Part shown: in pieces, positions 53,679 through 64,000 of the stretch | How the letters are laid out: every line of letters begins with the position of its first letter | Position numbering within the stretch: the first letter of the stretch is position 1 | NCBI RefSeq assembly: GCF_006345805.1 | Contig: NC_042997.1 | Span: 50,096,001-50,160,000 of the forward strand | Direction of reading: 5' to 3' | Origin: Octopus sinensis | Taxonomy: Eukaryota | Length of the DNA: 64,000 nt | Notes under the pieces: model-generated | Seen by the model: the letters and a program-made list of their open reading frames with translations, nothing else | Told to the model about the DNA's origin: nothing | Databases searched by the model: none | Made by a program: the position numbers and the translations under genes

Positions 53679-53713
53679 GCTTAACGTTTCGAGCGGAGCT
53701 CTTCGTCGGAAAC
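53679..53713 (-). ncRNA. Degenerate minimal hammerhead motif (third family) in a ~210-bp repeat between (TA)n tracts
   Basis: GUUU-CCGACGA-A-GAGC ucc GCUC-GAAA-CGUU/AAGC. U4 is replaced by C, so it is probably inactive as written. Confidence 0.45.
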
Positions 53714-53783
53714 ATAGGAGAAGGAAAGATCCCGAGAAGGGAAGACAGAGGAAAAAAATCGCCAGCGGTACTCACGAGGTCAC

Positions 53784-53838
<55 letters not shown>

Positions 53839-53840
53839 AT

Positions 53841-54137
53841 AATTCATAAATGAGGGCAAAGGAAAAAATTTCTAATGCCAAATATGCCGAAAAATTGGAC
53901 ATATTGTCCATTAACCATATATTTTTTCCATGTAACACTGACGAAGGGAGGGCTGTTATAAGCTAACCCTGAAATCGGTCCGATATGGTAATAATGGAAT
54001 TTTTTAGAAATTTCTGTCGACCTTTTTTCGAGTAGCGTGCGTATTGTGAAAAAAATTATATGGTTAATGGACAATATGTCCAATTTTTTGGCATATTTGG
54101 CATTAGAAATTTTTTCCTTTGCCCTCATTTATGAATT
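53841..54137. mobile_element. MITE-like element with ~90-bp inverted arms
   Basis: AATTCATAAATGAGGGCAAAGG...CCATAT is mirrored by ATATGGTTAATGG...CCTTTGCCCTCATTTATGAATT. Confidence 0.75.
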
Positions 54138-54244
54138 GTTTATAAATTTAACCTTTAAAGGTATTTTATAATATGTTGGCCATTGATAAAATGTTTTTTC
54201 GAGAAAATATATTTTTTTTCGAAAAGAATTTTTATTCTCACATT

Positions 54245-54284
<40 letters not shown>

Positions 54285-54501
54285 CATAATTAAATCTCAG
54301 AATGAGATTGAAACAGTAATCGCTCGATAATGTAAAGTATAGAAGCCATCTTATCATGGCTAACCACATTGGGGAGGGGGTGTTACTGTAGCTTTATAGC
54401 CCCAAGAGATCGTCGTCTCTAGCTGGCTTTAGACACAATATCAGTGCCCTTGAAGTATTTGCAAAGGGAGGCCATCCCTTCCTCGCAAGCCTGAGTGATA
54501 C

Positions 54502-54542
54502 GCTCGAACTAGTTTCGGGATTTTTGCCCCTCGTCAACGGGC
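54502..54542 (-). ncRNA. Minimal type I hammerhead motif, inverted copy
   Basis: Reverse complement reads GCCCG-UUGACGA-GGGG caaaaa UCCC-GAAA-CUAGUU/CGAGC, with one mismatch in stem I. Confidence 0.62.
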
Positions 54543-54968
54543 GGTAACCACCAGGTCGTGATGAAAGTGAAGGCTGCTTTGCAAATATATATAAGTTTTT
54601 CTAGTGGCGTCTGCCACTGATGTCGAAAAACTAATCCCGAAACTAGTTCGAGATATCACTCAGGCTTGCGAGGAAGGGATGGTCTCCCTTTGCAAATACT
54701 CCAAGGGCATTGATATTGTGTCTAAAGCCAGCTAGAGACGACGATCTCTTGGGGCTATAAAGCTACAGTAACACCCCCTCCCCAATGTGGTTAGCCATGA
54801 TAAGATGGCTTCTATACTTTACATTATCGAGCGATTACTGTTTCAATCTCATTCTGAGATTTAATTATGCTTACTGTTAGTTTTTCGACATCAGTGGGAG
54901 ACGCCACTAGAAAAACTTATATATATTTGCAAAGCAGCCTTCACTTTCATCGCGACCTGGTGGTTACC

Positions 54969-55009
54969 GCTCGTTGACGAGGGACAAAAATCCTGAAACT
55001 AGTTCGAGC
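54969..55009 (+). ncRNA. Minimal type I hammerhead ribozyme motif (C3U core variant)
   Basis: GCUCG-UUGACGA-GGGA caaaaa UCCU-GAAA-CUAGUU/CGAGC. Stem I is 5 bp and perfect, stem II is 4 bp, stem III is the palindrome AACUAGUU, and the cleavage triplet is GUU. Confidence 0.7.
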
Positions 55010-55168
55010 GTATCACTCAGGCTTGCGAGGAAGAGATGGCCTCCCTTTGCAAATACTCCAAGGGAACTGATATTGTGTCTAAAGCCAGCTAGAGACGACG
55101 ATTTCTTGGGGCTATAAAGCTACAGTAACACCCCCTCTCCAATGTGGTTAGCCATGATAAGATGGCTT

Positions 55169-55220
<52 letters not shown>

Positions 55221-55221
<1 letters not shown>

Positions 55222-56492
55222 GAGGGGCATTCAATAAGTAATGCCCCTGACCCACTTCCCATAGCAGTAGAGCAACGAAACTTGGCACAGTTATTAGTCT
55301 TTTTCTACATAGGAACCACCAAGAGTTACGCATTTCTCCCATCATTTGATGCGGCTCTGGAGACCGTTTTTGTAGAAGAACCCAGCTTGGTCCTCCAACC
55401 TCAACGTGACTTCAGAAATCAAGGCTGCATCATCTGGGAAACGCTTTCCTTTCAAAAACAACTTCATGATTGGGAAGAGGTGAAAATCAGAGGGTGCAAG
55501 GTCAGGAAAGTAGGGGGGATGGGGAGGAGTTCATAGCCATACGCCTGTGCTTCTGATCTGGCGACAAGCGAGTTGTGGACCGGAGCGTTGTCCTGCAGGA
55601 GGAGGATGCCTTTGCTGATCTTGCCCCGCCTCTTCATTTTGATAACTTCTCTTAATTTCATCAAAAGTGAAGCATAATAGGCTCCTGTAATTGTGGTACC
55701 CTTTGCCAGGAAATCTGTCATCACTACTCCGTCCTGGTCCCAGAAGACTGTGAGCATGCACCCTTGCCTTCTTTGGAGGGGGTGAGTCACGGTGCTTCCA
55801 CTGCATTGACTGGGATTTGGCCTCTGGATCATCGTGATGGACCCAGGTTTCATCCTGTGTAATCAGTCTTTTGAAAAAGTTTGACTCATCTTCTTGGCAC
55901 ATCTCCAAATTCACCCTCGAGCACTCGACGCGTTCTTGCTTCTGGAAAGGCGTGAGCAACCTGGGAATCCATCTTTCAGACACCTTTTGCATATGCAAAT
56001 GGTCATGAATGATAGTTTCCACAGACCCGGTACTAATCTTGACCTCATGGGCTAATTGACGAATAATTATGCGTCAATCTTCCAAAATGACAGCCTCAAC
56101 TTGACGGACAGATGCCTTATCAATGGCAGAAGGGGGCGACCAGATCTGGGAGCTGTTTCCACAGAGTTCCGACCATGTTTGAATTCACGATGCCAGCGTT
56201 TTAAAAGGTTATATATGATGGGGCATCATCACCATAAGTTACTTTCATTTCATCAAAAGTCTCCCGTGGTGTGCGTCCTTTCAAATACAAAAACCGGATC
56301 ACTGCTCGACACTCAACAGGCTCCATTTCACACTGGACTCGGTTCAAACACCTGTACATCAGAAACCACAATTAATTCAGAGCTGTAATTTGCCACTTAC
56401 TCTATAGAGATATAAATAATTGCACATGAAAAATTTCAGCTAGATCAAACAACTGCAAGTGGGTCAGAGGCATTACTTATTGAACGTCCCTC

Positions 56493-56493
<1 letters not shown>
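55221..56493 (-). mobile_element. Full-length-size mariner (irritans-like) with a disrupted transposase
   Basis: TIRs CGAGGG..TTCAATAAGTAATGCC lie at both ends inside TA tracts. Motifs include WIPRLL, TQDETW, VFWDQDG and LQDNAPVH, with frameshifts. Confidence 0.92.
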
Positions 56494-56551
<58 letters not shown>

Positions 56552-57649
56552 AAGTGAGATAGATAGACAGATTATTAGACAGATATCTCTTTTATCTCTT
56601 CTCCTTGTTACAATCATTTGATTGCGACCATGCCGGAGCACCGCCTTGAATTCTTAGACTAATGAATCGACCCCAGTTCTTAATTTTTTAAAATTTATTT
56701 TAATTTTTTAGAGGTGGTACTTATTCTATCTGTCTCTTTGTCCAACCGCCAAGTTACGGGGACGAAAACACCGAAACTGGATATATTTTGGATATTTCAG
56801 TACGCACGTTTCAACAGCCAATCAATCACGAACCACATTCGTCAAATGGAAACATCGATATTTTCCATCTGATGAATATGGCTTGCGAGTCATTGATTAT
56901 TGAGAGGTGCATGACGAAGTATTTGTTGTTATGAATAACTTGTTTTCTTTTCATTTCAACTGTATGTCGCACGACGTTATATAACGCGAATCCGTATTTA
57001 TCCTACATTAAAGAATGCTTTATAGGGAGTTTAACAGGGATGGCAAAATCGATCCCTAATTCGCATGATAGCTTTTGCTCGTGCATTTTGGCACATCGGT
57101 AAGTGCATACATTCAAGCATCCATCCATCCATCCATCCATCCATCCATCCATCCATGCATACATGCATGCATACATGCATACATGCATACATACATACAT
57201 ACATACATACATACATACATACACATATATGTATACATAAAACATTCATACTTTAAATATATATATGTGTGTCTCCTTCTCTTTTACTCTTTTACTTGTT
57301 TCAGTCAGTTGACTGCGGCCATACTGGAGCACCGCCTTTAGTCGAGCAACTCGACCCCAGGACTTATTCTTTGTAAGCCCAGTACTTATTCTATCGGTCT
57401 CTTTTGCCGAACCGCTAAGTGACGGGGACATAAACACACCAGCATCGGTTGTCAAGCAATGCTAGGGGGACAAACACAGACACACAAACACACACGCACA
57501 CACACATATATATACATATATACGACGGACTTCTTTCAGTTTCCGTCTACCAAATCCACTCACAAGGCTTTGGTCGGCCCGAGGCTATAGTAGAAGACAC
57601 TTGTCCAAAGTAGGACATATGTATATAAAATACTTTAAATATATATATT

Positions 57650-57700
<51 letters not shown>

Positions 57701-58514
57701 TTTAAATATTAACATTGCCGTTGTGGAACATTGATAATGCATTCTATTTATATGAATCGCGAACAAAAAAAAAAGAAGCAAAAAATCAATAAGAAATATA
57801 GATAAAGAAAACAAAAGCTGTGTTGTTTTTCTTTCAGACAATCTCTGTTTGTACTTTCACTATATTTCCTTCTTCACTTATATTCTGATTTATTTTATTT
57901 CGTCTTATGTTATGTTATTTAATTTTCACTTCCAGAATTCTATGAATAAATACCAAACCTCAGAATGTCAGTATATTTCTAAACTGGCGAAGCATTTTTT
58001 TTTCTGAAAGCAGAATTAACATGAAATTCCATTTATATAAATAATCACGATGTTGGGGTTTGTTATACTTTTATGTAAGCCATATTCAGCTGTGGTTTAT
58101 ATCACTTCTCGTCGTAGCAGTGTTGCTAAATAAATTGCATTCCTCTCTCTTCGCTCCGCGATCTTTACTCAATCCCCTCTCTATTTATTTAACTTTATTT
58201 CTTTATTTATTTTCGGTCTTCTATTAAAGGACTAAAGCGGTGAGGTTGGAGTACTCTGTTTATTTCTCTGTCAGCTGTTAGCACCATGTTTTATACGTTG
58301 TACAAAATCCTAAATAGTGCTTAATAATAAACTGGAGAGATTTCTCTTCTTGTAAGGATACATACATTTATAGTTACTGCTGATCGAATTATAAATTAAT
58401 TTTAACCATGTTTAGCATTACTCATTATTACTTCTTTCCAGTCCTTTCATTTCTGAGGGGTGGAAGAACGAGGCTGATACACACACACACACACACGCAC
58501 ACACACACACACAC

Positions 58515-58564
<50 letters not shown>

Positions 58565-58574
58565 TAGATATAGA

Positions 58575-60740
58575 TTCATTCATTCATTCATTCATTCATT
58601 CGGTTATCATTGTGCCTTGTAGCACTTGAGGCGACAGCAAGATCATTCCACCTTCCAACACTGAAAGCGTCCTTAACAGCTTGTTCCATTGTCAAACCTC
58701 TGTTTTTAAGATCTGTTGTTATTGTTTTCCGTTACGTTTCTTTTGGTCGGCCACATCTTTTACCTTGTGGAACCCATTGCAAAGCGATCCTAACAATTGA
58801 GTTCGGTTTATAGCAACAAACTCGACCCAACCGTTTCCATCTCCTTGCTTCAATAGTTTCTCTTATCAGTTTCACGTTAGCCTTGGTGTTCAGTTGGCTA
58901 GTCGAGATCATATTTGGCCAGTAGACTTCCAAAATTTTTCGTAAACCTCTATTTTGAAATACCTCCAATTTCTTTTCGATACTTTTGGTTGTTTTCCAAC
59001 ATTCAGATCCATAGAGGAGGATGTTAAGTAATATTGCGTTTGTAAAATCGTTTACAATCTATTTCTTTACTACCCTCAAGGGGCTAAACACAGAGGGGGC
59101 AAGCAAGAACAGACAAACGGACTAAGTCGATTACATCGACCCCAGTGCGTAATTGGTACTTAATTTATCGACCCCGAAAGGATGAAAGGCAAAGTCGACC
59201 TCGGCGGAATTTGAACTCAGAACGTAACGGCAGACGAAATAAGCATTTCACCCGGCGTGCTAACGTTTCTGCCAGCTCGCCGCCTTACAATCGTTTACAA
59301 TCGTTTAGGTGCTCTTGCTGAGTAGTGATGATTTCCATATTCAGTTTAACAAACAGAATGTTTGCTACTTCTTGTATTTATTTCATGAATGCAGTCTCCA
59401 TCTATAGTTTATTTTGGTGTCTCGGTAGTTAAATTCGTCAATATTAACGATGGGTTTGTCGTTCAAAGTCACATGGTAAGCATCTGTCATATTTTTACAA
59501 AGACTGTACGTTTTCTTCTCGTTTCTTTTGAAACCTATGGTGTTGACTATTTGACTACATCTTTCAGATTTGTCTTATAACTGTTGAGGCGTGTATGAGA
59601 ACAAACAAATGTCGTCTGCACAATCTAAATCTTCTGGGTGAGTTGAGTTCCATTCTATACCTTGTTTATATATTCTTCTGTCGTTCTTTGCATCAACCAA
59701 TTCACTGTCAATGAAAATAAGATTGGTGATAACACGCATCCTTGTTTTACTCCGGTTTTGATTTTGAATGGATCTGTCAGTCCGTTGTTGTGTATAACTT
59801 GACATTCGAAGTTTTCGTACCATAAGCGAATCATCTTGACTAATTTGTGTGGAAAACCATAGTGTCTGAGAATTTTCCAAAGTGTCACTCAGAGAAGGCT
59901 ATTGAAAGCTTTTTCAAAGTCAACAAGCAGCATGCACAAAGATGAGTTCCATTCATGAGATTGTTCGAGTATTTGGTGAATTACAAAAATATTGTCGATA
60001 CATGATTTTCCTTTCCTGAATCCAACTTGTTCATGGCGAAGTAATTGGTCTACGGCTGCTGTGATGTGCTGTATAATATGATATGAGTGAATATTTTACT
60101 GGTGATTGATAATCAACCAAACATATAGAAAAGTATATGATGGAATATAAGAATGAGGATAAGGCAGTAAAGAAATCTGCGGAATGACAAACGTAGAAAC
60201 AAACCAATTAGCTGAAGAAGCTGAATTTGTCAAACGTATAAATTTAAGATCACTGTACAATTAATGAAAAGACTGCGTAGTGGAGACCAAGGAAGATACT
60301 ATGATCTACCTGTACAAGGTGCAGATGGAATAAAAATAATTGATGAAAAAGCCAAGCTAGAACGATGGAAGAACCACTTCCAAACTATCCTTAATCGCCC
60401 AAGACCCATAATCTCTACCGAAATAAAAGAAGCAGATAAGGACTTGGAAATAAAAACTGGAGAGATGGAGAGATCAGGGTAAACGAAGCCGTAAAAGCTT
60501 TTCGCAAATTAAAAAATGACAAATCATCAGGATTAGATGGAGTTTGTGCTTAAAGCAGAAATCAAAACATTATAAATTATTTTCCCCACAAAATTTACAA
60601 GATATCAGAATCAATGAGGAAATACTGAACAGTTGGAAAAAAAGGACTCGTGAAATTACCATAGAAAGCTGATGCATCAAACTATAATAACTGAAGAGGA
60701 ATAACTCTATTATCAGTCACCAGTAAAATACTCACCTATG
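58575..60740 (-). mobile_element. Decayed RTE-like LINE: 3' part on minus (58575-60110), 5' part inverted on plus (60110-60740), interrupted by a SINE
   Basis: Minus strand: WYENFECQVIHN, GVKQGCVLSP, DCADDICL, RRWKRLG, (GAAT)n tail. Plus strand: LERWKNHFQTILNRP, RGITLLSVTSKIL. Confidence 0.8.
59060..59288 (-). mobile_element. SINE family A inserted in the decayed RTE, with a ~14-bp TSD
   Basis: AATCGTTTACAATC at 59046-59059 and 59289-59302. Confidence 0.88.
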
Positions 60741-60773
60741 TCATATTACAGCGCGCGCGCGCACACACACACA

Positions 60774-60870
<97 letters not shown>

Positions 60871-61235
60871 ATATATAAATTCATATATATATATATATAT
60901 ATAAGTAATGTTTGTTGTCACTTCAAACTGGCTTTTCCGTTCGAAGGATAGCAATAGCCCGAAGCGAGGCTGATCTGCTGATCGCATAGCTAGGTGGTAG
61001 TGGTTCGATCCCCTTCTCGCATGCATCGTTAACCAGCTAGAGGAAATGTCCTAAAGTAAACACGGATCTATATTCCAGTTGTGTGTACAATCGCAAATGG
61101 CCGCCGACTGAATATACAACGAATCTCAAGGCTGCACATGCGTACAAACACTACACCGATTGTACTGCACTCAATAGACTCCAAATCGACGCGAATCGCA
61201 GGCTCCAAGTAAGGTGAAAAATAAACAAATAAACA

Positions 61236-61286
<51 letters not shown>

Positions 61287-62466
61287 GTACTCATATATGC
61301 GTGTATATGTACATGTAGAGGTAGGTACGTACATACATGTTTATATATATGCATATGTTTTATTTTATTTTTTTATATATTATATGATGAAACGCACGCA
61401 CCCCCTTATTTAAGATTGTTCTTTATATCAAGTTTTTGTTCTTTATATTAACTCTCACGCGCACTCTTAACCTTTGAGAAATGTAGAAAAGGAAAAAGGA
61501 ATGACAGTGAAGCAGAAAGAAATGCATTTACAGAGAATTGAAGGGAGACGGAAAGTCGCAATAAGTCTAAGAAAGATAGAAAGAAGATGATATGGCGGAC
61601 ACACGCACAAACACAGTCCTTCAGTTCTTAATTGAAATGATGTGAAATGGTGTACAAAATTCAGTACAAAGCCAAAAATATGTTCCCTTTCAGTTGCGAG
61701 AAAAAGTGAAGTCATCTTATCAATAGTTTGTAGTTCTCACAGGAAATGTTTTTAACTGCTTTTAGCAGATAAAGACAGAAGTAAAACGGTTTGGAAAGAA
61801 CTCTAATTATCCATAATATTTTGCTATACTTCAAGGAACGTCTAAAAACAAGGCAAATATATAATAGCATAATATGTTCAAGTGATTTATAGACGTAAGT
61901 TCCATAGAATAAACTTGGAGACATCTTGAAAAGAGCTCATAACCGGAATTTATCTAATGTACTGAGTGGAAAATCTAAATATGAATTTCTTTTACAAGTA
62001 CATAAGTAACTCATTGCATATCATTCGGCATAATCGAGCACTGACTTCATTGTCTTTAATTTTTCGATTCTTTTTTTCCCAGTCTCCAACCAGTCTATAA
62101 AAGAGACGAGCGTTCTATTTTGGTTCCAGGTTCTGTATATTATGCATACTTTCCATCAATCATCCTTAAGAAACTCGTTCACAATGTTTTATGGCCCCAT
62201 TGAACAAAATATACCTAGTCATTGCTGAAAAATTTACCATCTCGTCGACGGAAAACTGTAAGTAACGATAAAACTGTAAGGCTGTTTATGGGGCTGTTTC
62301 TAACTTTCAGTGAGCATTTACCGAAGAAATTGTACCTGTGATTTATTAAGGAGTTCTCAGTACAATGTTTTAAAAGATTTTACCATTGAATGTCACATAC
62401 AAATTAAAAGAGAGGGTTAAACCATGCGGTGTTATCGTTATATTTCTTATGACTTTGTGAGATAGG

Positions 62467-62870
62467 CGTAGGAGTGGCTGTGTGGTAAGTAGCGTGCTTA
62501 CCAACCACATGGTTCCGGGTTCAGTCCCACTGCGTAGCACCTTGGGCAAGTGTCTTCTACTATAGCCTCGGGCCGACCAAAGCCTTGTGAGTGGATTTGG
62601 TAGACAGAAACTGAAAGAAGTCTGTCGTATATATGTATATATATGTATGTGTGTGTATATGTTTGTGTGTCTGTGTTTGTCCCCCTAGCATTGCTTAACA
62701 ACTGATGCTGGTGTGTTTACGTCGCCGTCACTTAGCGGTTCGGCAAAAGCGACTGATAGAATAAGTACTGGGCTTACAAAGAATAAGTCCTGGGGTCGAT
62801 TTGCTCGACTAAAGGCGGTGCTCCAGCATGGCCACAGTCAGATGACTGAAACAAATAAAAGAGTAAAGAG
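62467..62870 (+). mobile_element. tRNA-derived SINE, family B, full length
   Basis: Same head, body and tail as 6012-6425. Confidence 0.9.
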
Positions 62871-63626
62871 TAAAAAAAGAGAGAGCTAGGTTGCATTGCT
62901 TTGTATGAGCGTCATTGTCTTAAGATAATATTGAATATACTTAGGAGCTTCATCTCACCAATTTACTTATTTTCTCTCTATTTGGTCCAATACATTCATA
63001 ACCAATTCTTTTTCCTAACTCTTATATGCTTTCTCCATTTATGGTATCTTAAGTTAGCTTAAATGAGCGATTGCTCTCTGTACCTCCTATATCTTACGCT
63101 CCCTTCATCTTCCGCTTCTTGTAAACTACACTTCCATCTCTGTCAAGTTATAAATATATATATATATATATATACACATATATATATACATATTGATTTT
63201 TCCGATAACGTTTTTATATTTTGTATATTTTTACTATTCTTCAAGCTTCCTGCTGTTTTACCATTTCTTCCTCTCAACTTACATTACCTACTTACATTTT
63301 ACATTTTCGTCGAAGGTTTCTTACGCTATAACTTCCAATTTGTTTTTAAACTTATACCCACTATGATATATTGGCTATTATAAATGCTAAATTTTACTTT
63401 ATAATCGTTTGAAGTTTAGGATTTTAATATTTTTAGTGCCTCACTTTTGATCAAACATATATTTCATATATAAAGATGTCAATTTTCTTAAAATATTTAG
63501 TTATATCGCAAAACAGTAACACGAAACTTGGAGTATCAGTGGTGTTGAATATCATCAGTTTTTATTTGTTTCATATATATATATATATATATGAAACAGA
63601 CTGTTGTAATATCGTTCGCTAATATA

Positions 63627-64000
63627 TCAGGTCATCCCATAAGTTCTGTCCGAGAAGAGAACTTCATGGGAAAAAAGGTTCTTCTCTCTATCTGGTGGGA
63701 TTGCAAAGGAGTAATTCACTTGTTACTTCCCTAATGCAACAATCAGTGCTCAAGTCTACTGTCAGCAATTAGAGCGTTTGAACTAAGCTTTGAAGAAAAA
63801 AAGACCCGCCTTAGTGAATCGAAAAGGAGTGAAGTTTCATCAGGACCATGCGCGGCCCCACACTGCAAAGATCAAATCACAGAAGATCGAAGAGCTTGAT
63901 TGGGAAAAAATTCCTCATCCACCTTATTCTCCCGACCTTGTTCCTTCAGACTACCATTTATTTCGCAGTTTACAGAATCATTTGGGGGACATAGCTTTCG
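63627..64000 (+). mobile_element. Internally deleted mariner, cut off by the window end
   Basis: The TIR-like TCAGGTCATCCCATAAGTTCTGTCCGA is joined directly to KKVLLSIWWDCKG...HQDHARPH...PHPPYSPDLVPSDYHLFRSLQN. Confidence 0.85.

Larger units (their letters stand above)
54283..55170. mobile_element. Retrozyme-like / non-autonomous Penelope-like element: ~1.5 tandem copies of a 356-nt unit (plus) joined head-to-head to an inverted ~350-nt copy, inside (TA)n
   Basis: GAAACTAGTT ends at 54648 and again at 55004 (period 356). 54283-54633 is the reverse complement of a near-complete unit. Each complete junction carries a hammerhead motif. (TA)n lies on both flanks. Confidence 0.75.

Noticed and set aside
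56865-56905. CTGATGA with an AUGGC/GUCAU hairpin
   Set aside because: No GAAA core half and no stem I.

Overview
AT-rich, repeat-dominated eukaryotic DNA, very likely from an octopus (inferred from the SINE families and the extreme microsatellite load). It has one 100-N scaffold gap (46925-47024) and no host protein-coding gene that I can support, so it is intergenic or intronic. Mobile elements: one full-length RTE-clade LINE with a 9-bp TSD (8094-11986, minus), nested in a SINE; three R4/Dong-like REL-endonuclease LINE fragments in (AAT)n tracts; a decayed RTE-like LINE with an inverted 5' part; two full-length mariners, one Tc1-like element and one deleted mariner; hAT and other MITEs; and dozens of tRNA-derived SINEs. 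The most interesting signal is not annotated by any ORF. It is a family of ~350-nt non-coding elements carrying a minimal type I hammerhead-ribozyme motif (U3 core variant, palindromic stem III, long extended stem I). At 54283-55170 it forms a 356-nt-period partial tandem plus an inverted copy. A diverged relative at ~39.0 kb has a stem I that is changed at four of five base pairs with pairing kept. Ribozyme-less fragments lie at 14.6, 47.1 and 50.2 kb. This architecture matches retrozymes (non-autonomous Penelope-like elements that make circular RNAs). Several unrelated minimal hammerhead motifs also occur. All alignments and folds were done by eye, and SINE and fragment boundaries are approximate.
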